A stretch of 60,307 bases of DNA from positions 1 to 60,307 of the forward strand of contig JALUTT010000034.1 of NCBI GenBank assembly GCA_027021705.1, given 5' to 3'. The translations under genes were made by a program, and so were the position numbers. The notes beneath the pieces are model-generated. The model had not been told where the DNA came from, made no database searches, and saw only the letters and a program-made list of their open reading frames with translations. This DNA comes from Anaerolineae bacterium. Lineage in GTDB: Bacteria; Chloroflexota; Anaerolineae; S140-20. Shown one piece after another: positions 1 to 10,106 of the stretch; within the stretch, counting starts at the first letter, position 1; the number at the start of each line of letters is the position of its first letter.

Positions 1-1502
1 GTCTCTCCGGTGGCTTGCAAGGCCTGCCGTACCACATATTCGACCAAGGTCAACACCCGCAGCGCCAACGACAGCAGGCGCACCATCCCTTGGGCGTGGT
101 CCTCTCGCTGCACATACAGGGGGCGGATCCCCAAAGGGCGTCCCTTCAAGCGGCTGAAGTTGCGCTCCACCTGCGGTGCCCCTCGGTAGGCCCACACCGC
201 TTGGGTCAAGGAAAGCGTTTCCGCCGGGGCATTGGTGACGTACAGACGCCAACCCAGGCGACGCCGAACCTCACGGATCGCCTCCTCGTTGCGCCGCACG
301 TGCACGACATAACGCACCCGCTCTTCCGTGCGCGCCGGACGAGCGCCATACTTGCGGATGTGGCGTCGTTCCACTTCCCGCTCATAGGTGACCTCCAGCA
401 ACCCTTCCACCCGCCGCCGCTTGAGGATGGCTTGCACCGCTGCCTGCAGCGCGTCCAGGTCCTCCCATTGGCGGCGGCCACGGCCCCGAGGCGGGGTCAG
501 CGCCTTCAGCTCCTCCTCCGCCCGCTCCAGCCGCTTCTGCAGACCCCGTCGGGCTCGCCCGGCCAGCGTTGGCGAATAGACCACCAACACGCGCTCTTCC
601 CAAACCACGCCTTGACCATCCACCTCCGCCTCTTGCCGACGGGTGGTTTCAAACCCCAGGGCCAGCAGCTTCGGGCGTGCGTTTGTCCCTTCCTCTTCAG
701 GAGCCCAGATGGGTTGCAGCGATTGCTCCTTGGCCCACACCGGCTCCAGCAATCTGGTCAGCAACTCGGGCACCTTCCCCGTTTGGGCCAGAGGCATCAG
801 ATAGTGATCCCCGCCGGCCTGGAGAAAGGCCCGCGTGGCCCGTGCCCCCATCTTGCTGTCCCCGATGTACAATCGCCCCCCTTGACCGACTACCGGGCGC
901 GACCGCTCGATGGCCGGCACGTACAACCCATCATCCGCCTCATTGCCCGCCACCACCAACGTGGCAATGGGCATCCCCAGCGGGTCCAAGGCCCCCAACA
1001 TCACCTTGAATTGGGCCAGGTCGGGCCGATGATCTTTGCTATGCCCGTGGCGGAACAGGGTGTTCCCTTCCGCATCGTGGTACACGGCCACGCCGGTGCT
1101 ATCCAACCGTACCGCTCCCCGATGCAGGTCATACACCCGGATCAGCCGCCGACTCAGTGCCGTCTCCACCTCCTCCCAGGTCTCATCGTCGCTCAGATAG
1201 CGCAACACATCGGCCAGCCGATCATCGGTGAAGTCCTTGACCCCAACCGGTTCCGGCAGCAGGCCCTGCAAGGTGTGCAGCTGCTTCTCCGCCCACGGCT
1301 CCACCTCGCTCATGCGATGGTCCCCTTCAGAGAGGATGTAGCTCAGCCAGGCCGTCACCAGCCAGCCCACGCTCAGCCCCCCTCGATTGCCGTGGGGCCG
1401 GATCACCTCGTTCAGCACATCGGGGATGCCCATCTTCTGTTGTTGACGGATCAGCAAAGGAATGTCGTCTACTCGTTCGGTGCGAATCTCCACTTCTGCC
1501 AT
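1..1502 (-). mobile_element. IS1634-family DDE transposase (3' end runs off window)
   Basis: Manual minus-strand translation from ATG 1502: MAEVEIRTERVDDIPLL... and LDSTGVAVY...GHSKDHRPDLAQFKVML...PLGMP...GNEADD, the IS1634 signature. It is absent from the ORF track, consistent with no stop inside the window. The element end is probably near 1559. Confidence 0.88.
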
Positions 1503-1559
1503 AGTGGCAGAAGCTTACCTCAATTTCACTTTTCGTGCAAGAAATGAGCGAACGATGAG

Positions 1560-2933
1560 TCCAATATAATCCGATTCTACAAAGCCGACTGGGAATTGCT
1601 AAAAGAGTATTCAGAAGTCATTGGCGCTTATGCGAAGCCCTACTTTCTCGAAAGATTTAACATAGAAGGAGCAATGCCGTATGAATCTATAACTCTGTAT
1701 AAAGATTTTCACAACTTAATTCGAATACCTAACAAAAGAATCGCTAGCGGCGAAGTCGCCTCAGCAGACATATATACCTTCGAAATATCACCCTATGAAT
1801 TGCTTCCAGTGGCTCGCGTATATCGTAGGGATGAGTTACCGAGTTTGTCATCGAGCGAAGATGAGGATTATCAGAGACCTTTGATTCCGGAGAAACTTGA
1901 GATTATCCGCAACAAGTTGCATGAGAGCCCGGATTTTATGTTTCCGAACAATATTCTGGTTGTCTTGTCTAGCGATTGTAAGTTCGTGGACGGGGAGCAA
2001 ATTCTCGTAATACCCAAGAGATATGGCGCAATTGAAGTTATAGATGGACAGCATAGATTACTTGCCTATGCTGACGAAAGTCTCAAAAGTTTTTATGAGG
2101 CAACGTATGGGGAAGATTTTGAAAAAAGGATCAAAATCATGGTCACCGCGGTCCAATTTCAAGACGTCGCTGACGAAGATGTTCATCGATACAGTGCCCG
2201 GGCTTTTGTTGAAATTAACATGACTCAGACCCCGGTAAGCTCTACTCACTTATATGCTATTGCTTATCCGATTCTTGGAATGACCGATCCAAAGGCCATA
2301 GCGGCCCAGATTATCATAGAGGTGAATGAGAGAAGTGGAAGCAGACTATATGGTCTCTTTGATATTAGCCAGACGACACAATTGGGGATTTTCAAACCAA
2401 TTACAGTGCTCACAGCGCTGAAAACTATCACTAATTTGGAAAGAATTCAGAGGCTTCAAAACGCCAAGAGCGGCTCTCCCCTGCGTCGAAAATGTGGCTA
2501 CGAGAATTTGTTCGAGGTCCCTGTAGATAAGCTCAGCGATCCAGAAATCCTGATTAGACAAGGGGTCGTATGCTTCGAGCGATATTTCAATCACGTTGCA
2601 GCCATTTTCCAACATGACTGGCCGCAACGAGGAGCAAGTAGAGGTTCATCTTTAGAGTACACTAAGATGATAGCTGGATTTGTGAAGCTGCTTAATCAGT
2701 TCATTTCGGAAGGGCTTGATTGGAATGTTGTTCAAGAAGAGTTATCGAAGATAAAGGACAACATTATGCAACTGCGGGGAATGTCAACATATGATGCGAT
2801 TCTGTTTGATCCTGCTCACTCGGATATACCAGATGCCCAGCCATCTGCAACCGATGACTACCGGTTTCTACACGCGAATAGAAAACACCCTACATCGATT
2901 CAGGATATTCTGGCTAAAAAGCATAAATCCTAA
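1560..2933 (+). CDS. DGQHR-domain (DndB-related) protein, probably 5'-truncated by IS1634
   Basis: YQR, FPNNI and IDGQHRL motifs plus F-x-x-IN-x-TQ. The frame is open from the putative IS end (1560); the only early start is a TTG at 1596 with no obvious RBS. Confidence 0.8.
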   Translation, partial: SNIIRFYKADWELLKEYSEVIGAYAKPYFLERFNIEGAMPYESITLYKDFHNLIRIPNKRIASGEVASADIYTFEISPYELLPVARVYRRDELPSLSSSEDEDYQRPLIPEKLEIIRNKLHESPDFMFPNNILVVLSSDCKFVDGEQILVIPKRYGAIEVIDGQHRLLAYADESLKSFYEATYGEDFEKRIKIMVTAVQFQDVADEDVHRYSARAFVEINMTQTPVSSTHLYAIAYPILGMTDPKAIAAQIIIEVNERSGSRLYGLFDISQTTQLGIFKPITVLTALKTITNLERIQRLQNAKSGSPLRRKCGYENLFEVPVDKLSDPEILIRQGVVCFERYFNHVAAIFQHDWPQRGASRGSSLEYTKMIAGFVKLLNQFISEGLDWNVVQEELSKIKDNIMQLRGMSTYDAILFDPAHSDIPDAQPSATDDYRFLHANRKHPTSIQDILAKKHKS

Positions 2934-2943
2934 CGCCGCCACC

Positions 2944-4128
2944 TTACACAATCATCAACCTTGCTAGGCGTCGTACAGTCACTGCCAACCGCTCCACCAC
3001 AAAATCCACATCGGCTTCGGTGTTTTCCCGTCCCAACCCAAATCGCAGTGAGCAGTGCGCTCGCTCTTCTCCGTAACCCAGGGCGAGAATGACGTGGGAC
3101 GGCTCTACTTTGGCTGTGGTGCAGGCCGAGCCGGTTGACAGAGCGACGTCGTGCTTGAGTTGCACCAGCAACGAACGGCTCTCGATGCCGGGGATCGCGA
3201 TGCTTAAGTTGTGCGGCAAGCGTTGCGTGGGATGTCCGTTCAGTTCGACGTGATCCAGCCTGGCCTGTAGTTCAGTCCACAGTCGGTCGCGCAGCGCACG
3301 GAGACGCTGACTTTCGCTCTCCATCTCCTGGCCTGCGATCTCCAAAGCCCTCCCGAATCCCACAATCCCTGGTACGTTTAATGTGCCGGACCGCATGCCG
3401 CGTTCGTGCCCACCGCCGTGCATTTGCTCCGCCACACGCACTCGGGGATGGCGCCTTCGCACATACAGGGCTCCGATACCCTTCGGGCCGTAGATCTTGT
3501 GTGCCGACATCGAAAGCAGGTCGATGTTCATCGCCTCCACATCAACGGGAATGTGCCCAACGGCTTGAGTGGCATCAGTGTGAAAAATCACTTCGCGTTC
3601 GCGCGCGATGCGCCCAATCTCAGCAATTGGGGCTAAAACACCGATCTCGTTGTTCGCCGCCATGATGGAAATGAGAACTGTGCCCGGTGTGATGGCGCGG
3701 CGAACATCGTCGGGGTCAACAAGCCCCTGTTGGTCTACCGGCAAATAGGTTACCCGCCAACCCTTGCGCTCCAGATATTTGCACGTGTCCAGTACTGCTT
3801 TATGCTCGGTCATGCAGGTGATGATGTGATTGCCCCGGTCGGCATACTGTTCAGCCACACCCAGGATGGCCAGGTTGTCCGATTCAGTGGCCCCACTTGT
3901 GAAGATAATTTCATCAGCCCGTGCGTTGATCAACCGAGCAATCTGGTCACGTGCGGCCTCGACAGCCTGTGAGGCCTCGGCCCCATATTCGTGGTCAACA
4001 CTTGCGGCGTTGCCGAAGACCTGGCTGAAATACGGCAACATTGCCTCTAAGACCCGTGGGTCCACCGGAGTCGTCGCATGGTGATCCATGTAGACGGGAC
4101 GCCGGGAAAGTCCGTTTTGTTCAGGCAT
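2944..4128 (-). CDS. dndA: Cysteine desulfurase (DndA/IscS-type)
   Basis: YMDHHATTPVD, SAHKIYGPKG (PLP Lys), RSGTLNVPGI, STGSACT (catalytic Cys). The start overlaps the dndE stop. Confidence 0.9.
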   Translation of the reverse strand: MPEQNGLSRRPVYMDHHATTPVDPRVLEAMLPYFSQVFGNAASVDHEYGAEASQAVEAARDQIARLINARADEIIFTSGATESDNLAILGVAEQYADRGNHIITCMTEHKAVLDTCKYLERKGWRVTYLPVDQQGLVDPDDVRRAITPGTVLISIMAANNEIGVLAPIAEIGRIAREREVIFHTDATQAVGHIPVDVEAMNIDLLSMSAHKIYGPKGIGALYVRRRHPRVRVAEQMHGGGHERGMRSGTLNVPGIVGFGRALEIAGQEMESESQRLRALRDRLWTELQARLDHVELNGHPTQRLPHNLSIAIPGIESRSLLVQLKHDVALSTGSACTTAKVEPSHVILALGYGEERAHCSLRFGLGRENTEADVDFVVERLAVTVRRLARLMIV

Positions 4129-4537
4129 GGGTTGCCCCCTCACGAGACTCTTGGAGTCCGACCCGCCGCTGCGCCTCGGCAACCAAATCCGCCAAGTCTT
4201 CTAAGTTCTTGACCCGCTGATAGAGCATCAAAACTCCACGGCTCAAATGTGCTTTGAACTGTGACTCTAAATCGGCTTCTGGGTCTAGCCCATCTCGAAT
4301 CAGCCGCTCGCGCAACAGGGAAAAAAAGAACAGATCCCACTGACCGGTGAGGGTATATCGGTTAAACTCACGGGCTTGGCCATCAGTGTAAAGTTGAGGA
4401 TCAGGGATGCCCGGCTCAGCCAGCGACAGGCAAAACCCCAAGCGACAGAGCAGGTTAGGAGTCAAGCCCGTCCGCGCTTTCAGGTTACGCAGGCGCAAGT
4501 CTACTTCTTTACCTACGTAGATCCGGTTAAGTGCCAT
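4121..4537 (-). CDS. dndE: DNA sulfur modification protein DndE
   Basis: LKARTGLTPNLLCRLGFCLSL, REFNRYTLTG and HLSRG match DndE; lies directly after dndD. Confidence 0.9.
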   Translation of the reverse strand: MALNRIYVGKEVDLRLRNLKARTGLTPNLLCRLGFCLSLAEPGIPDPQLYTDGQAREFNRYTLTGQWDLFFFSLLRERLIRDGLDPEADLESQFKAHLSRGVLMLYQRVKNLEDLADLVAEAQRRVGLQESREGATHA

Positions 4538-4540
4538 CAG

Positions 4541-6979
4541 TTATCCCTTCCTATCGGATGACGCACCATTGAGTGGGATTAATTTGGACGGATTCAGGAC
4601 ATACTCTTCTGGCCCTTTAACCCCTACCGTTGCAATGCTGTCATAGCCGGCCTTCCGCACACGGCGTGTCCATTCTTCGCACCAGATCTCGTAAAGCCGG
4701 GTACCATTGCGCAACTGGTTGGCAATGAGCCGGTCGTTCGTGATCTGTTCTAACGCTGCAATGTATGTCCAATTATACTCGTTAGTGATCGGATCAACTA
4801 GCACCAGGCGTTTGGCAGTCGCGGGCAGCAAAGCGCGCTTCAACTCACCGTTTGTGCTCACATGCTCGGGATTAGTTGTCCAGATTTGGCCATGATCACC
4901 ATAAATGTGAGCACTGGCCGTGTCCAGCGCTTCGTTCCGGTAAAGAACAACACCTTCAGACATTGGTTGATCATCACACACGACGAAAGTTTCCTCTCCC
5001 CGTGGGTCATATTCCAGACGGTAGACACGGGCCAAATATGGTCTCGCCTGAGCCAGCAATCCGGCATCCAGCTCGGTTTCAGTAGCAAAAAGTAACACCT
5101 GATTACTCACTGCCGGCACGTATATGTGCATCAAGCGCCACCGATGGATTTCGTCCAACCGGGCCAGGGGTGTGTCAATCGCCAGTGGCAGTTGGCGCCC
5201 GCTTACCTGACGCAGCGCCCATAACAACGCCAGGGCGTAGAGTTGACGCTCCCCGGCGGAAAAGTCTGCCAATGTCAGTGTATGGCCATCCGTATTCTGC
5301 AACTGTATGCTAAAGTCGTCGGGATTGATGCGAACAGTTTTCAACAAATATTCTTTGCGGCAGATCGCATTGAAGGCAGTCACCAATGACTCTTCCAACG
5401 CCGCCAACCGCTGACGGATCAAAGCATCACGGTAGGCACGCAGAACCAACTTGCTGCGTTCGGCCAGTTCCAGTCTTCGCTCTCGATCTTGAGCAGCTTT
5501 CAATTGGTCCACTGTCCGCTGGAGCTGCCGGACTCGTTCATCACGCTGGAACTGTAAGGCACCGATCTGCTTGTCGAGAGCGCTCTGTTGCTGCCGCACT
5601 TCAGCTAGGGCAACTTCCAACCGCGCGATTTCGGCGTGGATTGGAGCCAACACCTCATCGTCAGGAGCTCGCCGTAACTCTGCTTCGATACGCTGGCGTT
5701 CATCCCGAAGTGCCCGCAACCGTTTGCCCAACGCCTGGGCATGCTGAGGCACCGTATGCAGGGCCTGAACAATCCAGTTTTGGAGCCGCTCCCGTTCTGG
5801 GTCAGCCAAGTGATGGATCAGCGGTTGCTCATCCTCAGGAGCCGATGCGGTCGCCTTTTGCAACACGCGGATCAACCGTTGAGTCACAATTTGGCGGACA
5901 TGGGCCGGGATCCCCAGCTCCTGCCATAGCTCATCACTCTGCAATGCCCGCTCAATGTCGTTCACCCGGCCTTGCAAGAACTCGCTGGTAATCCGTCGGC
6001 GCTGCAACTCCGCCTCTTGAGTCAGCCGCTGGCCTAGAGCCTGGCAAAGCTCAGGTGCCAGAGCAAAGGGCAACAGGCCGGCGCTCAGTTCACGCAGTTG
6101 CCTAGCAACGTCCTCTATCTCCGCCTGTATCGCGGTGAGTCGCTCTTGCAGAAAAGGACGACGGGCTGCGTAATTACCCCCTTCAGCGATTAAGCGGCGC
6201 TCCTGCCGAGCCAGCGTCGCTTCAAGCTCCGCTCGCCTATCGCTCAAAGCCTCGGCCTCAGTACGGAGTTGCGCTAACTGGGCATCCAAAGCGTCCACAG
6301 CAGCTTGGCGACGTAACACCTCTTTACGCAGACGCTCAACTTTTCTTCCACCACCCTGACGCAGGATGTAATATTCCAGATCAGCCTCAAGGCGCTCTAC
6401 CAGGTCCAGGCCCAGCAGACGGCGCACTGTCTCACCCAGCATCCCATCGTGCTGCTCTGGGCTGGTCAGCGCATCCAAGTGCTCAGCGTCGAGGAAGCAG
6501 AGAGGAGCCAGGCCCGGTGGTACTAGATCGTTCAACCAAGCTTGGTACTCAGTTGGCTCAACGTCGGGCGGTTTGCCATTGCACGACACCGTCAGGGTCT
6601 CCAGAACATCACGACCACTACGTCGCCAGTGTCGCTCTACTTGAACGTGCAGCGGTCGTCCTGACTGCACGTATCGGAAGCTGAGTGCTACCCCTCCCTC
6701 ATCACTTATGAGTGAGTTTCCGGCTGCACTGCGGCGGTGCAGGCGGTTTAGCAGGAAGTCATTGTAAGCTCGGCGGCTCACCCGATCACCCAGAGCTAGT
6801 GATCCATATAGGGCCAAGGCTAGTGCCTGAAAGAGGGTACTTTTCCCTGAACCGTTGTGACCAGTGAGGACTATCAGGTGACGGCAAGTACCGTCTGGTT
6901 GACGTACTGGCGCCAGATGGAAGTCGTGCTGGCCCCGGAAGACACCAAAATTGTAGAGTGTCAGGTTCAGCAATTGCAT
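4541..6979 (-). CDS. dndD: DNA sulfur modification protein DndD (SMC-like ATPase) with ~140-aa C-terminal extension
   Basis: NFGVFRG, Walker A GHNGSGKSTL, coiled coil, FSAGERQL signature, IDTPLARLD Walker B/D-loop; lies between dndC and dndE. Confidence 0.9.
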   Translation of the reverse strand: MQLLNLTLYNFGVFRGQHDFHLAPVRQPDGTCRHLIVLTGHNGSGKSTLFQALALALYGSLALGDRVSRRAYNDFLLNRLHRRSAAGNSLISDEGGVALSFRYVQSGRPLHVQVERHWRRSGRDVLETLTVSCNGKPPDVEPTEYQAWLNDLVPPGLAPLCFLDAEHLDALTSPEQHDGMLGETVRRLLGLDLVERLEADLEYYILRQGGGRKVERLRKEVLRRQAAVDALDAQLAQLRTEAEALSDRRAELEATLARQERRLIAEGGNYAARRPFLQERLTAIQAEIEDVARQLRELSAGLLPFALAPELCQALGQRLTQEAELQRRRITSEFLQGRVNDIERALQSDELWQELGIPAHVRQIVTQRLIRVLQKATASAPEDEQPLIHHLADPERERLQNWIVQALHTVPQHAQALGKRLRALRDERQRIEAELRRAPDDEVLAPIHAEIARLEVALAEVRQQQSALDKQIGALQFQRDERVRQLQRTVDQLKAAQDRERRLELAERSKLVLRAYRDALIRQRLAALEESLVTAFNAICRKEYLLKTVRINPDDFSIQLQNTDGHTLTLADFSAGERQLYALALLWALRQVSGRQLPLAIDTPLARLDEIHRWRLMHIYVPAVSNQVLLFATETELDAGLLAQARPYLARVYRLEYDPRGEETFVVCDDQPMSEGVVLYRNEALDTASAHIYGDHGQIWTTNPEHVSTNGELKRALLPATAKRLVLVDPITNEYNWTYIAALEQITNDRLIANQLRNGTRLYEIWCEEWTRRVRKAGYDSIATVGVKGPEEYVLNPSKLIPLNGASSDRKG

Positions 6980-6982
6980 AGG

Positions 6983-8401
6983 TTACACCAACTGTAACTG
7001 CAATGGCGCTTCAGCTAAGATCTCTTCCTCGCTGCGCCATTCCTGACTCAAGACAGCAGCCAATGCTTTATAGATGCCCGCACGTCGAGCCATGCCATTG
7101 GCCCGACGCTCTTCTTCGAGCATCTTGGCGATTAAGTCAAATGGCACATCATACTCTTTGCAAATATTGGCCAACAACGTCTTGTGATCCACATCAAAAT
7201 AACCATCATCATCCACCGGCCAATCCAAGTCATACCCATTCACCCGGCGAAAGATTTTCGGTACTGAATCTTCCCAATCTTGACGCTCCGTTCGCCAAAT
7301 GCGGCGAATCTCGTGTAGTTCCTCCTCGGTAATTAACGTCACACTGGGATCGGGACCATTCTGGCGCACAGCCAATTGCGCTCGCAAGACCTCCTCCAGC
7401 ATTTGCTTGCTGACTTGGAGCTTGTACGTGCGGGCGGCCGGTGTACCGTCCTTCTTCAGAATTACCCGTCCATCACGGCCCTTGATGTCTCGAAATTCCC
7501 GCTTGCGCTTCGGATCAGTTGTAACGGCCAACCATTCACGAAACTCGAGTAGAGGTTCCATCCACTCTTCACCACGGTCAATCAATGCTTCCATTGAGGA
7601 ATCTCGCTCAGCCACAGTGCAAACCCAACAGCCGAACCGACTGTTTCCACAAGATGGAGTAGAGGTATCAATGACCAGTGGGCACTCTCCAGCGTTGGCA
7701 TTCCGGTAAAGCGCTGCAAGATCCCGATTGTTACTACCCCATGGGGAAGGTACTTGCAAGAGATATGTCCATACATCATCCGTTGACCAATCCGCAATCG
7801 GTGCATAGACATAGGCCCCTCGCAGCGATGTATGGCGGCGCAATAGGTGACCTTTTACCTGATATGTGTTCATCAACTGCATCCGTGTCGAACTTTCTGA
7901 TTTGCGCACGCCTAGCACTACAATCACCTCGCCATGCTGGGCCACCTTCTCCTCGATAAAACGGTTAGCCGGTTTAATCTTCATGCGTTCCGTGCACCAG
8001 CGGAAACGAGCCGTAGGGGCTGGATAGCCGCGTCCAATGAGGTTCACCCAAAAACTGTCGTTAAGGGTAGGCACGACCTTCTCCGCTCGAAACGGCATGC
8101 CTGTGGCTTTAGCTGTCTCGTTGATGCGACGCAGGGTACTGTCAATGTAACCCACGATGACCGGAGTCTCCACTTTAGTGTCTGAAGCGATTACGAAGAC
8201 AGGCTTCTGACGATCCTCTGGCGCCAGCCCCTCTAATGCCTTCCACACCAATTGCAAGGTGGCTGTTGAATCCTTGCCACCGCTGTAGCCGATGACCCAC
8301 GGCTGCGGATAGCGCAAATATACATCACGGACCTCGGCATATAAGTCTTGGATACTACGGTGTTCAAAAACAGAGGTCTCGTTTGGATAACCAGCACTCA
8401 T
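6983..8401 (-). CDS. dndC: DNA phosphorothioation sulfurtransferase DndC (PAPS-reductase family)
   Basis: WVIGYSGGKDS, NLIGRGYPAP, FRWCTERMKIKP, GECPLVID..TPSCGNSRFGCWVCTV; GGAGG RBS before ATG 8401. Confidence 0.95.
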   Translation of the reverse strand: MSAGYPNETSVFEHRSIQDLYAEVRDVYLRYPQPWVIGYSGGKDSTATLQLVWKALEGLAPEDRQKPVFVIASDTKVETPVIVGYIDSTLRRINETAKATGMPFRAEKVVPTLNDSFWVNLIGRGYPAPTARFRWCTERMKIKPANRFIEEKVAQHGEVIVVLGVRKSESSTRMQLMNTYQVKGHLLRRHTSLRGAYVYAPIADWSTDDVWTYLLQVPSPWGSNNRDLAALYRNANAGECPLVIDTSTPSCGNSRFGCWVCTVAERDSSMEALIDRGEEWMEPLLEFREWLAVTTDPKRKREFRDIKGRDGRVILKKDGTPAARTYKLQVSKQMLEEVLRAQLAVRQNGPDPSVTLITEEELHEIRRIWRTERQDWEDSVPKIFRRVNGYDLDWPVDDDGYFDVDHKTLLANICKEYDVPFDLIAKMLEEERRANGMARRAGIYKALAAVLSQEWRSEEEILAEAPLQLQLV

Positions 8402-8599
8402 AGGATCGCCTCCTAATACCTGAGTTGGTTGGGGGCTGGAAAGAGCCATCTCACGGCACCGAGCTATGTAGCCATGCTCACATCCTCGGCCTCGCCTTTC
8501 TAATGTCAGCTCCGAGTAAGCGACGCTCCTAAGAACACTGGGACGTATACGGGCAGCCTAAGAACAGGCATTCGCCCAACTTTTTCTTTGACGTGCCCT

Positions 8600-8628
8600 A
8601 TTATACTTGCGTGGGGCAACTTGGTCAA
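8600..8628 (-). promoter_or_regulatory. Sigma70-like promoter for dndCDEA
   Basis: TTGACC-N17-TATAAT on the minus strand, ~200 bp upstream of dndC. Confidence 0.65.
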
Positions 8629-9088
8629 ACTCCCAAGCGCTGAGCGGGCCATTCCTCAGCCCCAGCCACACAAGCGGCTCCCCGATGATGTCATTACGGT
8701 TACCCCCCGACCAGCAGCCAAGGACAACACCGCCTGGAACCGCCACGGTGCTTCAGGATCACCGGCCGGCCAGACCCACAGCACCGGCGCGCCCCGCCGA
8801 TCAACACGCCGAAGACCTGCCAGGTAAAGGGCTTGACGCGCCTCACCCCTCCCCCTCCCACGACGGCCGATGGCCTCGCAGCGCCCGCCCCAGCAGCGCG
8901 AATCCCACCGCTGCCGCCAACCCCATCGCCAGGCCGCCGTACCAAATCGCCACCGGGGCAATCCGGTCGTTGAGGAGCAGGCTCGCTTGTTGGTGGCGCT
9001 GGCCGGCATCCTGGACTAACTCGACCGGCCCTAGAAGACTGACTGACCAAGCGACCAGCCGACCACCTCTGAAGTTCAAGCCGTGAGC

Positions 9089-9890
9089 GCCGATTGACTG
9101 ACAGAACTCGGTTATGTGAGCACCTTAACAAATCTGACAATGGGCTTACGTTTTCGTTTCCGGGCCTGGCGTATGGAGGCCATCCCCCGGCTCTGGATCC
9201 TCTCCGGCTGGGAACGTGAATTGCCTGCACAATCCCCATCCACATACCACAGCCCGTTTCCCATATCTCCACCCGATCTTCAAATAGCTCAAGCCCCGGA
9301 ACCAATGGGGGTCAACCCATCGCCTCTTGCCCGTTCTCACCACCTCCACCCCCTGGCTCACCAGATACCAAGTCGCGGCCGCCAGCACCATCATCAATCG
9401 GGTCAACGCTTCCGCGTTGTCTATCTGACTGCTTTGGATCTGGAATCCTTTGGATTTGTCATCTCGCTGACCACATACCAGTATCCCTTCTCGGTCAGAG
9501 GAGCGCCTACGGCCAGGCATAGCGGGCCGAATCGCCTGCGGGTGATGAAGACGCCGGTGTACAGAACACCTCGGCCACGCTCAGGCTTCAACCAGCCTAC
9601 TTTGCGCCATCCACGCCCCGGGATCCGGACCCAGAAGCTGGTCTTGACCCGGATGCGCCAGTGCCAATGCAGCTCCTCTTTCAGAAGTTGCATCAGGTCT
9701 ACATCCACGAAGCCCCGGTCGGCCAAAAGCACCACTTCTATCCCCTTGGGGAGGGCTTGGGCGGTTGCGATAAGCACCCGCTTGTACACCTCGAAGGCTA
9801 CTCGCGTGCTCTTGTGGGACAGATGCCTGCCATATGGCCATCACATCGATACGAGGATTGTTCAGCCTCAAGTTCTGTCAGTCAACCGGC
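9089..9890 (-). mobile_element. Internally deleted IS4-like element (transposase pseudogene) with intact terminal inverted repeats
   Basis: 20-bp IR GCCGATTGACTGACAGAACT (9089-9108) / AGTTCTGTCAGTCAACCGGC (9871-9890), 19/20 match. Transposase fragments VVLLADRGF..WHWRIRVK and RDDKSKGFQIQSS..RGLSYLKIGWR lie in different frames. Confidence 0.8.
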
Positions 9891-10064
9891 TACCTGGAGT
9901 GGATTGGTCAGCGGGATGGGTCTCTAAAAGACGAGGCATTCATCTGTGAACGACTCCCCACTCCGCAATCATACCAGCGCTTTGTAGCCGACGACCAGGG
10001 CGAGAAGCGAGCACAAAGGCAGATTAAGAGGTACATTCTCGACCATCCTGCGGATTCCAGATAA
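9891..10064 (+). pseudogene. Probable C-terminal remnant of a REP-associated tyrosine transposase (RAYT/Y1)
   Basis: YLEWIGQRDGSLKDEAFICERLPTPQSYQRFV resembles, from recall, RAYT C-termini. It begins exactly at the IS end and is followed by palindromic repeats. Confidence 0.45.
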
Positions 10065-10106
10065 CCCTCCCATAGGTCCAGCCCGGGTTGAGCGCTCTCA
10101 GAGCAT

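Noticed and set aside
15..1547. 510-aa plus-strand ORF
   Set aside because: Antisense shadow of the IS1634 transposase; no recognisable motifs.
8630..9085. Short ORFs between the dnd promoter and the IS4-like element
   Set aside because: Host-like GC with hydrophobic fragments in shifting frames; probably a decayed gene but not assignable.
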